A DNA stretch of 58,090 nucleotides from an uncultured Granulosicoccaceae bacterium (lineage in GTDB: Bacteria; Pseudomonadota; Gammaproteobacteria; Granulosicoccales; Granulosicoccaceae). Each line of letters starts with the position of its first letter. The first letter of the stretch is position 1. The translations under genes and the position numbers were made by a program. Positions 38,101 to 47,550 of the stretch are shown one piece after another. Below the pieces are notes generated by a model, which was not told the origin of the DNA, searched no databases, and was given only the letters and a program-made list of their open reading frames with translations. The stretch is taken from NCBI GenBank assembly GCA_937928685.1, contig CALGJU010000156.1:1-58090 (forward strand), given 5' to 3'.

Positions 38101-39156
38101 ATGACTAACATCATCACCGAAATGCTGCAGGAAAAACCGTACCTGCTCGCCGATGGCGCCACAGGTACCAACCTATTCAGCATGGGCCTGCAAACAGGCG
38201 ACTCACCGGAGTTCTGGAACGCCGACCACCCTGACCGGGTGACTCGTCACTACGACAGCTTCATTGAAGCCGGGTCCGACCTGGTGCTGACGAATACGTT
38301 TGGTGGCAACAAGTACCGATTGCAGCTCCACAACGGTGAGAAGCGTGTCACAGAACTCAATGAGCGCTCTGCCGCATTGCTTCGCGACGCAGTAGATAAG
38401 AGCGGCCGCAAAGTCATCGTCGCCGGTGACATGGGACCGACGGGTGAAATTTTTGAACCGGCCGGCACACTCACCATCGATGCGGCGGCAGAAGCCTTTG
38501 CAGAGCAGGCACAAGCTCTAGCCAATGGCGGTGCTGACATCATTTGGGTTGAAACACTTTCATCGCTGGAGGAAGCACGTGCCGCCTTCATTGGCGCAAA
38601 AACCACGGGCTTACCGATAGTTTTCAGCATGAGCATTGATACCAACGGTCGAACCATGATGGGTGTCACTGCGAAAGACATTGTCGAGCTCGCCTCTGAG
38701 ATGTTGCCGGAACTCACTGGCTGCGGCACCAATTGCGGAGTCGGCGCAGCTGAAGTGGTGGCTGCAATGATGAATATGAAGAAAGCCTGCAGCGAGTTTC
38801 AGGAACCACCGGCATTCATCGCGAAGGCCAACTGCGGCATCCCTGAGTACGTTGACGGTAAAATCGTCTACAACGGCACACCGGAACTTATGGCTCGTTA
38901 CGCGCAGCTTGCATTCGATGCGGGTGCAAAAATAATTGGCGGCTGCTGCGGAACATCGCCAGAGCACATTCGTACCATGAAGGACGCATTAGACAACTAC
39001 GCAGGCGGCCCGGCTCCAAGCCTTGAAGAAGTTGTCGCAGTCCTGGGTGAAGTTTCAGTGGGTGCGACATCACAATTGCAGGGCGACATGACTGTTGCCG
39101 GGGGTTCCGTATCAGGTAACGCACAAAGACGCAGTCGCCGCAGACGTCCTGCGTAA
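38101..39156 (+). CDS. Homocysteine S-methyltransferase domain protein (BHMT/MetH-Hcy-module-like)
   Basis: Pfam-02574-like barrel (DGATGTNL, VLTNTFG) with zinc ligands at GTNCGVG and GGCCGTSPEHI. The C-terminal tail is QRRSRRRRPA. Confidence 0.88.
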   Translation: MTNIITEMLQEKPYLLADGATGTNLFSMGLQTGDSPEFWNADHPDRVTRHYDSFIEAGSDLVLTNTFGGNKYRLQLHNGEKRVTELNERSAALLRDAVDKSGRKVIVAGDMGPTGEIFEPAGTLTIDAAAEAFAEQAQALANGGADIIWVETLSSLEEARAAFIGAKTTGLPIVFSMSIDTNGRTMMGVTAKDIVELASEMLPELTGCGTNCGVGAAEVVAAMMNMKKACSEFQEPPAFIAKANCGIPEYVDGKIVYNGTPELMARYAQLAFDAGAKIIGGCCGTSPEHIRTMKDALDNYAGGPAPSLEEVVAVLGEVSVGATSQLQGDMTVAGGSVSGNAQRRSRRRRPA

Positions 39157-39188
39157 AGTTACTTATCTACACAGAGCTGACTAAACAG

Positions 39189-39968
39189 TCAGCTCGATTC
39201 AGCTGGCACAGCGCTGGTCACTTTTGCCTCAGCTGGCTGGCTTTCCTTTCGGCCCATATAAACGTGCCGGAAACTGACATACAGATAAATCGCAAACAAT
39301 GGCAAGGCAATCACCGCCACCACCAGTGCCAGCTCACTAAAATAGAACAACACAAAGAACACCATAAAAGGCAGGTAGCTCGCGGCGGCCACTACGGTAA
39401 AGTTCTTGCGCTCACCAAGTTTTGCGAGTTTTATCGAGTCTACGAACCCTAGTTTATGAAATATTGATAGCGGCAATAAAAACCACATCGTGGTTACCAT
39501 GACGCCGATATAAACAACAAACAATGAAATCGTACCGGGATACAGCCACTGCAGTACTGAAATTGCGGGAGGCACACTGGCCTCAGATACAACCTCATCT
39601 AACATCAGCATATCGGCGACTTTAGCTGCTACCACCCACAGCAGGACATAAAAGGCCGAAAACAACACCACGGTGATCACGCTATTAACGAAACTCTGAT
39701 ACCAAAGATTCAACGTCAATGTTCGAGACTCATCAGCAGCACGCGCAATTACTATACAAGCGACAACAGCAATCTGGCACATCATCAGCGCGATAAAAAA
39801 AGTGACAAACCCGGTAATCCGCAGCTTGTAACTGGCAAAGAAAAAAACCAGTGATACCAGCAGAAAAACGATTGGCCTGCGGCGAAACAACAGCATGGTC
39901 TCTCGCATCCAGCTAAGGATATCCTGAAATTCTACGCTCGTGGGTTCAATTGGATTGTTCACGGACAC
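39189..39968 (-). CDS. Polytopic membrane protein of unknown function
   Basis: 259 aa with about 6 hydrophobic helices. No family was recognised. Confidence 0.6.
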   Translation of the reverse strand: MSVNNPIEPTSVEFQDILSWMRETMLLFRRRPIVFLLVSLVFFFASYKLRITGFVTFFIALMMCQIAVVACIVIARAADESRTLTLNLWYQSFVNSVITVVLFSAFYVLLWVVAAKVADMLMLDEVVSEASVPPAISVLQWLYPGTISLFVVYIGVMVTTMWFLLPLSIFHKLGFVDSIKLAKLGERKNFTVVAAASYLPFMVFFVLFYFSELALVVAVIALPLFAIYLYVSFRHVYMGRKESQPAEAKVTSAVPAESS

Positions 39969-40050
39969 TCATCGCAATCATGGGTTCGCGGCCATTCGCC
40001 TGGCTTTGATTCGTACGGATTAAAAGGAACTCTAAAGCGATTGTAGTTCA

Positions 40051-40341
40051 TCAACTTGCTGTGCGTTGACGTGCGACCCATTCAACATGTTTTTTTACCT
40101 GCTGATCCTGCAACAATTTATCAAGCGTATTAAGCGTTTTGCCAAGTTGCATTTCATCATAAAGCCTGTGCAAGCCACGATGGCAATCGCGACAAATAGA
40201 AATGGTCTGTTGTAACACTATTTTGCTGTAATGCTTTTTAAAATGCTTTCGACGATGTAGCTTTCGCGGAATGAGATGATGAGCGGTTAACAGCAATTGA
40301 CGCCGGCAAAGCTCGCATTGTCCTGTATCCGTTCTGCCCAT
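40051..40341 (-). CDS. Small HNH-motif protein
   Basis: 96 aa containing CELC ... HHLIPR ... CRDCHRGLH, an HNH/zinc-finger arrangement. Confidence 0.65.
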   Translation of the reverse strand: MGRTDTGQCELCRRQLLLTAHHLIPRKLHRRKHFKKHYSKIVLQQTISICRDCHRGLHRLYDEMQLGKTLNTLDKLLQDQQVKKHVEWVARQRTAS

Positions 40342-40365
40342 TTTTCTACCGCCGGGGACGTAAAT

Positions 40366-41046
40366 TCATATCGCTTTCAAAGTGCTAATCGCGGTTGGTA
40401 GCTCGTTCATATTATTGATGCTAAGGACTCTTCTTGCGTCGTGTCCTGAAGGTAGGTCATGCTGCACACTCGGCTCTGGACAGTACCATACACACTTCAT
40501 TTCGGCTGCCATCGCAGCTTGCACGCCCACTACGCTATCTTCGATAACAATACACTGACCAGGTGCAAACCCCATCTGGTTTGCGGCGTGTAGAAATAAC
40601 CCAGGATCAGGTTTAAATTTATCGATGACATAGGCACTGAACAAACATTCAGAAAAAAAAGCCAGAAGGTCAGTTTTGGTCAACACCTGCATTAGCTTAT
40701 GCATCGGCGCATTGGACGCCACGCATTTAGCATCATCCAACTGCAGCAAGGCTGTATGAATATTTTCAACAGGCTGCAACTTTTTATCAAAGTACTTGCT
40801 GGCGCGAGCACGGAAGCTCTGCTCGAACTGCTGATCTGGCGCTAATCCGTGCCGCACACCCAGATCGCTCAGCAAGGCTTTAAACTGCCAGCCACGGTAA
40901 CGATCTAGCAGCACCAGAGGATCTTCTTTGATATTGTGCAAAGCAAGCTCATCTGCGAGCGCTTCAGTGTTTATGGCTTCACTATCAACGAGAGTGCCGT
41001 CACTATCAAATAGCAGGCAATGCTTTGTTCTGTCTGTTTGCATCAT
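40366..41046 (-). CDS. HAD-superfamily hydrolase (phosphatase-like)
   Basis: Motif I is LFDSDGTLVDS and motif IV region is IVIEDSVVG. Confidence 0.85.
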   Translation of the reverse strand: MMQTDRTKHCLLFDSDGTLVDSEAINTEALADELALHNIKEDPLVLLDRYRGWQFKALLSDLGVRHGLAPDQQFEQSFRARASKYFDKKLQPVENIHTALLQLDDAKCVASNAPMHKLMQVLTKTDLLAFFSECLFSAYVIDKFKPDPGLFLHAANQMGFAPGQCIVIEDSVVGVQAAMAAEMKCVWYCPEPSVQHDLPSGHDARRVLSINNMNELPTAISTLKAI

Positions 41047-41080
41047 TCACCGCATTGTATCAGCTGCCAGAGATCATGAA

Positions 41081-41866
41081 TCAGTAGAATTCTGAAGTCG
41101 CAATAAGCGGCAATCGCTGGCTAAATTCCGCACAGCTTAATTCGTGCTGATGCAACGATGCCCGCCATTTCTTTTGATACTGCCTGCAACCCTGCACCAT
41201 GCGTTGAACCAGCTGTGCAACCGAGTACTGTAGCTCACGCTCTGCTGGCAGTTGGTCTTTTTGTTGCTGCAGCGTATCCAGCAACTCCGCAATAGTGGCG
41301 ACGGTAAGATCTGTATTGCCGGTTCGCCTCAAGCTGCTCTCCGCAATGACGAGTTGTCGCTCCAAGCGCGCAATACGCCGGGCCACAACGTTATCGTCTT
41401 TCAATTTTTTTGTTTTTAACGCTGCCTGATTGTGCGCTGCGGAGAGACGGGGAATCCCCACCGCCTCCTCAGACTCCAGCGTGGTCGTATCACCGTGTGG
41501 TTCACCGAGACGTGTCGCTACCCATTGGAACGCATCTAACTCGGCATCGAGCAAACACGCCTGCAGTTTCTCGTCAACTTCGCGCCAGCACAACCTGGCG
41601 ATACCATTGCGCAATTCAGTCACCTGCACTCGATCCAATTTATTACCCGCTACCGCCCGCTCAACAGCGGCAGCCAATTCCTGATCGAGTGCGCGCAGTG
41701 CAGGCGCTCCACAAATGGAGCTTTCAATCCGGGTATGGGGAGTTTCCTCGCAATTCACGGCGGAAGCGCTAGCCGGGCCCGATAACCACATTTGCGAGAT
41801 CAGCAGCATGGCAATCGACCACAGCGAAGTACGCCATCCCGATAATTCACTTGAACCTTTTATCAC
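41081..41866 (-). CDS. Secreted hypothetical protein, possibly with an N-terminal DUF1311/LprI-like segment
   Basis: Has a signal peptide (LLISQMWLSGPASASA). The Cys-containing motif CEETPHTRIESSICGAPALRALDQEL resembles DUF1311. The remainder of the protein is helical. Confidence 0.5.
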   Translation of the reverse strand: MIKGSSELSGWRTSLWSIAMLLISQMWLSGPASASAVNCEETPHTRIESSICGAPALRALDQELAAAVERAVAGNKLDRVQVTELRNGIARLCWREVDEKLQACLLDAELDAFQWVATRLGEPHGDTTTLESEEAVGIPRLSAAHNQAALKTKKLKDDNVVARRIARLERQLVIAESSLRRTGNTDLTVATIAELLDTLQQQKDQLPAERELQYSVAQLVQRMVQGCRQYQKKWRASLHQHELSCAEFSQRLPLIATSEFY

Positions 41867-42060
41867 AGGTCGATCCTTTTGCCAGTTGCGTCGGTGAGTC
41901 AGGAATGTCGAATTCTGGCCGAATGCCGGAGACCCTGCTCCGACTCGAAGTCTGCTCGCCGTTATTGTTTTTTAGCTGCCAGCATTTCGGCCAAATTAAA
42001 GACAACTTGACAGTAAACATTGCAAAAGGTCCCTAAAACGAGCATAAAGTCTGTTTTACC

Positions 42061-42089
42061 TTGAAAAAAACCCACTGTTCGCCTATATT
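42061..42089 (+). promoter_or_regulatory. Near-consensus sigma-70 promoter
   Basis: TTGAAA (42061-42066), a 17-nt spacer, then TATATT (42084-42089). The nearest downstream start codon of a recognisable gene is 290 nt away. Confidence 0.55.
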
Positions 42090-42338
42090 CCGCAGCGCTA
42101 GCAAGCCGCCGCCTCACTGGGCAAGTTGATGAAGCAACCATTGATTTTGCTTCGGTAGAAGACACTTTTCCTCGTATTCCGTAAACTGCTACCCCTGCGA
42201 TTTTTTTCGCTGAGTAGCCTGTTTGTGCCGTACAAGCCGGCGCGGCGTGTATTTGTTTGAATAAGCAAACTAATGACCGCATAACCCTTGGCTTGGGCGA
42301 TGCCTTTCAACCTGAACCCCCGGCCTGCGCCGTACGTA

Positions 42339-42368
42339 CACTGGTGCTTCACCAGTGCTTTTTATTTT
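42339..42368 (+). terminator. Intrinsic-terminator-like hairpin 10 nt upstream of the EF-G2 start codon
   Basis: CACTGGTG-CTT-CACCAGTG followed by CTTTTTATTTT. Confidence 0.55.
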
Positions 42369-42378
42369 GAGAAATGAG

Positions 42379-44463
42379 ATGACTGACTTAACTCTTTACC
42401 GAAACATAGGGATATTCGCCCACGTCGACGCGGGAAAAACCACCACGACTGAGCGCATACTGAAACTGACCGGCAAGATTCACAAGATCGGTGAAGTACA
42501 CGACGGCGCGGCTACCACGGATTTCATGGACCAGGAACAGGAGCGTGGAATCACCATTCAGTCTGCTGCAACCACTTGTTTCTGGAAAGACCATCGACTC
42601 AACATCATCGATACACCGGGTCACGTCGATTTCACCATTGAGGTATATCGTTCACTCAAGGTACTGGACGGCGGCGTAGGGGTATTTTGTGGCTCCGGCG
42701 GCGTTGAGCCACAGTCAGAGACTAACTGGCGCTATGCGAATGAGGCGGGCGTCGCCCGTATCATCTACATCAACAAGCTTGACCGAATGGGCGCTGACTT
42801 CTATCGCGTTGCCAAACAGGTTAAAGATGTTCTCGGAGCTGTGCCATTGGTGATGACTCTGCCAATCGGGATCGAAGATGACTTCTCCGGCGTGGTTGAT
42901 CTACTGACTCGCAAAGCATGGATATGGGATGACTCCGGTGATCCGATGAAGTACGAGATCGTTGATCCACCTGCTGACATGGCAGACAAAATCGAAGAAT
43001 ATCGCGAGACACTCGTCGAAACCGCACTTGAGCACAATGACGAAGCGATGGAAAAATACCTGGAAGGCGAAGAGCCAGACATGGACACGCTGAAGCAGGC
43101 TATTCGACAGGGCACTATTGATCTGGCGTTCTTCCCGACATTCTGTGGCAGCTCGTTTAAAAACAAGGGCGTGCAGAACGTTCTGGACGGCGTGGTAGAT
43201 TTTCTACCTAACCCACTGGAAGTGAAGCCACAACCAGAAGTTGATATGGAAGGCAACGAGACCGGTGAATTTGCGATTGTAGATCCTGAAAAGCCATTGC
43301 GCGCACTGGCATTTAAAATCATGGATGACCGCTATGGCGCACTGACGTTTACTCGTATCTATACCGGTAAGCTTGAGAAAGGCACCAACGTACTGAACAC
43401 CTTTACCGGCAAAACCGAAAGAATCGGCCGTATTGTAGAGATGCACGCTGACACACGTGAAGAGCGTGACAGCGCGCAAGCGGGCGATATCGTCGCGATC
43501 GTTGGCATGAAGAACGTGCAGACCGGACACACACTGGCCGACCCTAAAAATCCTGCCACTCTTGAGCCAATGGTCTTCCCTGATCCGGTTATCTCTATCG
43601 CAGTTTCACCGAAAGACAAAGGCGGGTCTGAGAAGATGGGGCTGGCGCTGAGCAAGATGGTGCAGGAAGATCCTTCATTCCATGTTGAAACTGACCAGGA
43701 AAGTGGCGAGACCATTCTTAAAGGCATGGGCGAGCTACACCTTGACATTAAAGTCGATATCCTGCGTCGCACCCACTCAGTTGATGTTGAAGTCGGTAAG
43801 CCACAGGTGGCGTATCGTGAAACGATTACACAACGTGTTGAAGATTCGTACACTCACAAAAAGCAAACCGGTGGTTCAGGTCAGTTTGCGAAAATCGATT
43901 TCATCATCGAACCCGGTGAAGTCGGTGAAGGCTTTGTCTTTGACTCAAAAGTTACTGGTGGTAACGTGCCACGCGAGTACTGGCCAGCGGTTGAAAAGGG
44001 CTTTAAGCAAAGCATCGACACCGGTGTGCTTGCAGGTTATCCGTGCCTGGACTTTCGCGTCACCCTGACTGACGGCGCGTTTCACGCAGTCGATTCATCC
44101 GCAGTGGCATTTGAAATTGCATCGCGTGCCGCTTATCGCGCCACAATGCCTAAAGCAGGACCACAGCTGCTTGAGCCGATCATGAAAATCGACGTCTTCA
44201 CGCCGGAAGATCATGTCGGTGATGTGATCGGTGATCTGAATCGCCGCCGCGGTATGATTCAAGGCCAGGAAGCAGGTGTTACCGGCGTTCGAGTTAAAGC
44301 TGACGCACCACTAAGCGAGATGTTTGGCTACATTGGTGATCTGCGAACCATGACATCTGGCCGTGGTCAATTCTCCATGGAATTTTCTCACTATGCTCCG
44401 TGTCCTTCTAACGTCGCAGACGTTGTGATTGCACAGGCAGCAGAAGCAAAGAAAGCTTCCTAA
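42379..44463 (+). CDS. fusA: Elongation factor G paralog (EF-G 2 type)
   Basis: [43 protein letters not shown] ... closely resembles the Vibrio/Pseudomonas second EF-G. All GTPase motifs are present ([17 protein letters not shown]). The gene is not within an str operon. Confidence 0.93.
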   Translation: MTDLTLYRNIGIFAHVDAGKTTTTERILKLTGKIHKIGEVHDGAATTDFMDQEQERGITIQSAATTCFWKDHRLNIIDTPGHVDFTIEVYRSLKVLDGGVGVFCGSGGVEPQSETNWRYANEAGVARIIYINKLDRMGADFYRVAKQVKDVLGAVPLVMTLPIGIEDDFSGVVDLLTRKAWIWDDSGDPMKYEIVDPPADMADKIEEYRETLVETALEHNDEAMEKYLEGEEPDMDTLKQAIRQGTIDLAFFPTFCGSSFKNKGVQNVLDGVVDFLPNPLEVKPQPEVDMEGNETGEFAIVDPEKPLRALAFKIMDDRYGALTFTRIYTGKLEKGTNVLNTFTGKTERIGRIVEMHADTREERDSAQAGDIVAIVGMKNVQTGHTLADPKNPATLEPMVFPDPVISIAVSPKDKGGSEKMGLALSKMVQEDPSFHVETDQESGETILKGMGELHLDIKVDILRRTHSVDVEVGKPQVAYRETITQRVEDSYTHKKQTGGSGQFAKIDFIIEPGEVGEGFVFDSKVTGGNVPREYWPAVEKGFKQSIDTGVLAGYPCLDFRVTLTDGAFHAVDSSAVAFEIASRAAYRATMPKAGPQLLEPIMKIDVFTPEDHVGDVIGDLNRRRGMIQGQEAGVTGVRVKADAPLSEMFGYIGDLRTMTSGRGQFSMEFSHYAPCPSNVADVVIAQAAEAKKAS

Positions 44464-44485
44464 CGCGGTTGACTTAGCAAAAGAT

Positions 44486-44516
44486 CCGACCCTTGACTAA
44501 GCAAGGGGTCGGGTTT
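44486..44516 (+). terminator. Rho-independent terminator after fusA paralog
   Basis: CCGACCCTTG-ACTAAG-CAAGGGGTCGG followed by GTTTG. Confidence 0.7.
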
Positions 44517-44579
44517 GCTGTTAAGGCTGCGTTTGCTCTGTCGCTATACACTGATCTCAACTACAACAGGATTTGCTCA

Positions 44580-44897
44580 ATGAAATATTTTCTAGCCACA
44601 GCGTTGCTCATCTGCAGCACAACCGGTGTTTATGCAGCAGGGGATGCAGCAGCAGGAAAAGGCAAAGCCGCCGCTTGTATCGCGTGCCACGGCGCTAACG
44701 GTGTTGCAATAGCACCCACCTACCCAAATTTGGCAGGACAAAAGGCAGCCTACATTGTTGCCCAGATCCAGGCTTTCAAATCAGGTGAGCGCAAAGGCGC
44801 AGCATCGGCCATTATGGCCCCTATGGCAGTAGGCCTGAGTGACCAGGATATGATGGATATAGCAGAATATTTCAGCGCAATGGACGCTGCAAAATAG
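44580..44897 (+). CDS. Class I c-type cytochrome (monoheme, periplasmic)
   Basis: Signal peptide MKYFLATALLICSTTGVYA, heme motif CIACHG and a distal Met region (IMAPMA). Confidence 0.85.
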   Translation: MKYFLATALLICSTTGVYAAGDAAAGKGKAAACIACHGANGVAIAPTYPNLAGQKAAYIVAQIQAFKSGERKGAASAIMAPMAVGLSDQDMMDIAEYFSAMDAAK

Positions 44898-44911
44898 CCA
44901 GCTGTTTCTGA

Positions 44912-44939
44912 ATAGTGTGCTGCCGTTGCAGCGCACTAT
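44912..44939 (+). terminator. Hairpin downstream of the cytochrome c gene
   Basis: ATAGTGTGCTGC-CGTT-GCAGCGCACTAT forms a 12-bp stem including one G-U pair. The following T-tract is weak. Confidence 0.45.
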
Positions 44940-45051
44940 CATTGTATTTCCCAGCTGCGCTCCCCATGCAGTTTATGCTCAATAACCCGCCAGCCTATTT
45001 AAAGCTCAGATTAAAGCTCAGACCCTTCTAAAATCAAACGGCGGAAGAAAA

Positions 45052-45756
45052 TCAGGAGACAGGCAAGGCCTGCTCATCGCGATACAGCTTCGCTGCGGCG
45101 TACACCGCCTCGGTACGGTTGCGAACACCGAGCAACTTAAACGAGGCTGATATATGCGCCTTAACCGTGTGCTCAGAAATATCAAGCGTTCTCGCGATCA
45201 CCTTATTTGGTTTGCCCTGTACCACCTGCATTATCACTTCACGCTGTCTCACCGACAGACAATCCAGCCCTGTTCTACCGGTTTCACTATGCAAATCAGC
45301 ATGGTGTAAATCCAGGTGATGATCCTCAACATTGTTGCGTGGCTTTTCTTCAATCGCTTGCGGCGGCAAATAGGTGCCACCCGCCAATACAAGATGCAGA
45401 GCTGCTGACATTACAGCGAATGTCGATGTCTTAGGAATAAAACCTGCTGCGCCAGCGTCAATGATGCGGCGAATATGCTTGGGATCATCCAGCGCTGACA
45501 CCACAGTGATACGTGAATTAGGGCAGTAGTCCCGAAGGGCAGATAATGCCTCTACACCACTTACTCCTGGCAGATAATAGTCCAAAAGAATTAGTTCAAC
45601 CGTTTCCGGTTCCGGCTGCTCCAGCGCTGCTTCACAACTGTTACAACAAACCAGTTGAACCTGTTGGTCGAAGTCTTTTAACAGTATGCGCAACCCTTCA
45701 GCAAAAAGGCTGTGATCATCAATCAGAAGTATCTTCACCAGACATGTTCCCTCCAT
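45052..45756 (-). CDS. NarL/FixJ (LuxR-type HTH) response regulator
   Basis: Receiver domain (ILLIDDH, LLDYYLPG) plus LuxR HTH (LSVRQREVIMQVVQGKPNKVIARTLDISEHTVKAHI). No cognate kinase is adjacent. The start may instead be the GTG at 45738. Confidence 0.88.
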   Translation of the reverse strand: MEGTCLVKILLIDDHSLFAEGLRILLKDFDQQVQLVCCNSCEAALEQPEPETVELILLDYYLPGVSGVEALSALRDYCPNSRITVVSALDDPKHIRRIIDAGAAGFIPKTSTFAVMSAALHLVLAGGTYLPPQAIEEKPRNNVEDHHLDLHHADLHSETGRTGLDCLSVRQREVIMQVVQGKPNKVIARTLDISEHTVKAHISASFKLLGVRNRTEAVYAAAKLYRDEQALPVS

Positions 45757-45836
45757 GTAACTCTTGCGTTAGTCTGGCGCAAGAAACACATATTGACAAC
45801 ACAATTTTTGACTAAACAGATAAAACCGTGCTACCG

Positions 45837-46778
45837 CTAAGCCACAAAGGCTGTAAGTTCCTTTTTGTTAAAGTGGTTGGCTAAATTTTCTAACATTAAC
45901 TTACCCATCGCTGTACGTGTTTGTACGGTACCGCTTGCCACATGAGGCTGCAGAACCACATTTGGCAGGTCAACTAAACCGGCTGTTATTGCAGGCTCAC
46001 CGACAAAAACATCAAGACCGGCCCCGGCAATTTGACCAGAGATTAACGACTTCACCAGAGCAGATTCGTCAACAATAAGACCGCGCGACACATTAATGAC
46101 TCGACCGTTGGGCCCAAGTGCTGCAAATATTTCCTCACCAACACACGCCGCCATATCCGGGGTGGGAGCCACTGCAAGTATTAAACAGTCCACTGCTTCA
46201 GCCATCGCTTTCAGGTCTGAATAATAAGTGTATTCCACATCGTTACGCTCGCTCCTGTTGCAATAACTTATCTGACATTGAAACCCTTCCAAGCGCTTTG
46301 CTATTGCCAGCCCGATGCGACCCAGACCGAATATTCCGACACTTGCTCCTGTGAATTTAGTTGTCAGCGGTGCCGGCCCCTGTGTTTCCCACTGCCCACT
46401 GCACGCATACTGATGTGCAAACGGAATCTGCCTGTACGCGGCAAGACACAAACCCAGCGCTAAATCCGCCACATCATCGGTTAGCACATCCGGTGTATTA
46501 CCCACGCGAATACCATTGGCCTTACAGTAGTCTAGATCCACCGCATCTACACCCACACCGAATACACTAATGACTTCAACTTTGGGTAGCTGGCGTATCA
46601 ATTCCGCACTGGCGCCTGACCCACCATCGGTCACTATGCCACGCACATCAGAAGCCACTTCTTTTAGTAAGGCCGATTGATCTTCTGCTTCCCACAGTTT
46701 GTGAACCTGATAGTTTGCTTCAAGCTCTGCTTGAGTTGGCCCGTAAAGGGGGTTCACCAGCACGACGGATTGACTCAT
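45837..46778 (-). CDS. D-isomer-specific 2-hydroxyacid dehydrogenase (glyoxylate/hydroxypyruvate reductase-like)
   Basis: NAD-binding motif GIFGLGRIGLAIAKR. Catalytic Arg/Glu/His region is SRGLIVDE ... QPHVASGT. Confidence 0.9.
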   Translation of the reverse strand: MSQSVVLVNPLYGPTQAELEANYQVHKLWEAEDQSALLKEVASDVRGIVTDGGSGASAELIRQLPKVEVISVFGVGVDAVDLDYCKANGIRVGNTPDVLTDDVADLALGLCLAAYRQIPFAHQYACSGQWETQGPAPLTTKFTGASVGIFGLGRIGLAIAKRLEGFQCQISYCNRSERNDVEYTYYSDLKAMAEAVDCLILAVAPTPDMAACVGEEIFAALGPNGRVINVSRGLIVDESALVKSLISGQIAGAGLDVFVGEPAITAGLVDLPNVVLQPHVASGTVQTRTAMGKLMLENLANHFNKKELTAFVA

Positions 46779-46809
46779 AACACTCTCTTTTTTTGAATTA
46801 TTTTGACCA

Positions 46810-46835
46810 CCGCCCGGCTTGAAGCTTCCGGGCGG
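46810..46835 (-). other. Intercistronic GC-rich hairpin between larB and the dehydrogenase gene
   Basis: CCGCCCGG ... CCGGGCGG forms an 8-bp stem around a palindromic AAGCTT-containing loop. No U-tract follows on the transcribed strand. Confidence 0.35.
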
Positions 46836-46890
46836 ACAACGAAACTAACACTGGTTTCTTTTTTGAGTTGCTTTTTTGGGTTGATTATTT

Positions 46891-47547
46891 TTACTTGCCA
46901 ACAGAAAGAATTTTTAACAACGCACAGGCAGCACCAAATCCGTTATCGATATTCACGACCACCACCCCTGGCGCGCAACTGGACAACGCACTACTCAATG
47001 CCGCCTTGCCATGCTCTGCAACACCGTAGCCTGTTGAACCTGGTACCGCAATGACCAGCCCCGGCACCAAACCTGCCAGCACAGAAAACAGAGCGCCCTC
47101 CATACCAGCCACTGCAATGATAACAGGCGCCTGCCGCAGTATTGGCAGATGATCGGTTAACCGCCACAAACCTGCAACACCACAATCATTGATCACACGA
47201 ACCTCAATGCCGTTAAACAACAACGTGCGCCGCGCCTCTTCAGCAACAGAAATGTCCGACGTACCAGCAGTGACTATAAGACAATCAGACGCTTGTGGTA
47301 CCGCGATACCATTATCGACAAAGGCTGTAGCTGAAGACTTATGCCAATCAATGTTTTTGTATTGCCGCTGCAGTATATCGGCATCACCTTGTGCCACACG
47401 GGTCAACAATAACGAACTCTTTTTTTGTTGCGCATCTGCGACAATACTCAAGACTTGCTCTTGCGACTTATTAGCACAAAGCACCGCTTCCGCTATCCCG
47501 GTCCGCGATTCTCTTTGCCAATCAAAATTGAACTCTTTATCTGCCAT
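46891..47547 (-). CDS. larB: LarB, nickel-pincer cofactor biosynthesis carboxylase/hydrolase (PurE-like)
   Basis: PurE-like fold with AGTSD and VAGMEGALFSVLAGL motifs. Positioned within the lar cluster. Confidence 0.9.
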   Translation of the reverse strand: MADKEFNFDWQRESRTGIAEAVLCANKSQEQVLSIVADAQQKKSSLLLTRVAQGDADILQRQYKNIDWHKSSATAFVDNGIAVPQASDCLIVTAGTSDISVAEEARRTLLFNGIEVRVINDCGVAGLWRLTDHLPILRQAPVIIAVAGMEGALFSVLAGLVPGLVIAVPGSTGYGVAEHGKAALSSALSSCAPGVVVVNIDNGFGAACALLKILSVGK

Positions 47548-47550
47548 GAA

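Noticed and set aside
41962-42352. Two minus-strand track ORFs (106 and 84 aa) in the fusA2 upstream region
   Set aside because: They overlap each other and have low-complexity, Arg/Cys-rich translations with no RBS or homology-like features. The region is better explained by the plus-strand promoter-to-terminator unit.
42096-42368. Identity of the roughly 270-nt untranslated unit as 6S RNA, tmRNA, RNase P RNA or SRP RNA
   Set aside because: I saw no tmRNA ends (GGGGCUGA...CCACCA), no RNase P GGAAAGUCCGG core and no SRP GGAA tetraloop helix. There is only a vague resemblance to the 6S 3' region (CAACCUGAACC...GCCUGCGCCG). The length is also wrong for 6S.
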